From NCBI GenBank assembly GCA_000320545.1, contig ADNK01000413.1, positions 1 through 64,000 on the forward strand: a stretch of DNA of 64,000 nucleotides, in the 5' to 3' direction. The notes beneath the pieces are model-generated. The model was not told where the DNA came from. It saw only the letters and a program-made list of their open reading frames with translations, and made no database searches. The translations under genes and the position numbers were made by a program. Origin of the DNA: Bigelowiella natans CCMP2755 (lineage: Eukaryota; Protista; Cercozoa). Positions 62,313 through 64,000 of this stretch are shown piece by piece. How positions within the stretch are numbered: position 1 is the stretch's first letter; the number at the start of each line of letters is the position of its first letter.

Positions 62313-63384
62313 GGCTGTGGAATGCTGGAGGCTGTCCTGGAGAAGAGCAACCAGATTAGCAAAAAATCAAAAGTTTCCGACCACACTGCCGTGTGAAGCA
62401 TGGGATAACATTTCAATTCAATATTCCCTGAAACCTAATTATATCTAATTCTTCTTAGAAAAAATGGATAAGAGCTCCAGCGCTAACCTTTAGGGGGAGG
62501 CAAGTCTCCACGCTATTGTTATTGCTTCTGCCAGCAAAAGGTAAGACCCAATACGACACAATTGTCGAATAGTGATTGAAAATATCAAGGTTATCATAAA
62601 TATACTATATTACTATGTACCGACATCCTTTTGAAGAGATAAATAGAAAGACTATCACCATCACATATTTGTTATATTGATTAAACGACAACATACAAAC
62701 AGATATCTATTAAAATTTAACCTTGCTTCCTAAATATTCGGAAACGTAACTCTCTTTCGGGGAATGATACCCAATAATTATCTCGGATTCACCTGGATTT
62801 CCTACATATGGGATGTGAATATTAGCAAACAGCGGAACTGAATATTGTTTAATCTTTTGCCGATTTGCAGGCTGTTTTGTGTCGGATTCCGTTGCAATCC
62901 TTGTGAAATCGTTGGGAAATGATCGGCGTTTTCTCACTGCGAAACTAACCTCCGGATACTCCGCAAGTAAAATTTGCTTTCAAAAGAGAGAGAGGACATT
63001 TTAGGGAATAGAAATATAGAAAGCCGAGAAGGTATTTAATTTACTTTTTGAAGACAAACATCCTGCAAAATCCTCTGAACTATGGTGATATTTCTCAAAT
63101 AGTACATTTTAATGCGCAGGCAAAAGAGACGGAAAGAGAAAGAGAACCTGATTGTGCCAAGCTCTCCACGGAGAGCACAGCTTCATTTGCATTTTTTGCA
63201 TACGACGAGATATTGAGTATGTCTTTTATTTATTTTTCACATATTTTCCTTTATGTTTAGTTTATTACATTGTAATTTTAGGCTGCGACATTTATATTGT
63301 CCGAATAAGTTAGAAAATTGTGGCATTCTCACTCGCTAATCGGTGAATTGGATTGGAAATTCGCCGTGGTCCGCCTCACAGACG

Positions 63385-63999
63385 ATGAAGTTTAATAAAG
63401 GTTGACCCCTCCCTGCCTCCACTCAATCATATGTGTACTGAAACTGCCACACGTAATTATTCAGCTGTAAGCTCATCCCGTAGAAAGAGCCGCAAGGCTC
63501 ACTTTACGGCTCCCTCGAGCCGCCGTCGCAAGATTATGAGTGCTACTCTCTCAGATGAGCTTCGCAAAAAATTTAACGTAATCCTCTTCGTGTACTTTAA
63601 GAAAGAGAAAAAGAGATTCATTTAGAGTTACTTTTGTCAAACTTCCATTAACATCCAGAATGGTTATATATAATTTTGGTAACTTAGGTCCGCTCTATGC
63701 CTATCCGTAAGGACGATGAGGTACAGGTGTTCCGTGGTAATCACAACAACCGTGACGGAAAAGTGCTTCAAGTTTACAGAAAGAAATATGTTATCCACAT
63801 TGATCACGTTAACCGCGAAAAAAACAACGGGGCTTCCGTTATGCTTGGCATTGCTCCTTCTAACGTGATCATTACCAAGCTCCACCTCGATCCTGACCGC
63901 AAGAGGCTTTTGGGACGTAAGAATAGGGCTGCAATGACTAAGGGTGAAAAACTTTCTTCGAAGGATGTTCAAGATGCTGCTGGAATTGAACTTGATTAA
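63385..63999 (+). CDS. RPL26: 60S ribosomal protein L26 (uL24), 3 exons (63385-63400, 63464-63577, 63688-63999)
   Basis: MKFNK|[36 protein letters not shown]|[14 protein letters not shown]. Confidence 0.97.
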
Positions 64000-64000
64000 A

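Overview
Intron-rich eukaryotic genomic DNA from a flagellated protist-like organism; the species cannot be determined from sequence. Host genes in order: SKP1 (+), dynein-2 heavy chain DYNC2H1 (-, about 20 kb), a coiled-coil/KE-repeat protein (+), a B9D2-like ciliary gene (-), a patatin-like lipase (+), an intronless casein kinase 1 (-), a GT-A-like unknown (+), a SERBP1/HABP4-like RGG protein (-) and RPL26 (+). At 41.8-60.6 kb lies an approximately 18.8-kb endogenous Polinton-like virus (PLV). It has about 358-bp TIRs, a packaging ATPase, major and minor capsid proteins, GIY-YIG genes, a deleted helicase/HNH replication gene, TCTA promoter motifs and a Crinkler-like cargo gene. The most striking signal is a mutational one. 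The left half of the virus, its TIRs and all four convergent intergenic zones have had TpA dinucleotides converted to TpG or CpA (A-to-G on either strand), with CTA/TAG and especially CTAG partly spared. This turns Tyr codons into Cys or His. It looks like a 'reverse-RIP' adenine-directed genome-defence hypermutation system; the mechanism is inferred, not shown. All counts and alignments were done by eye.
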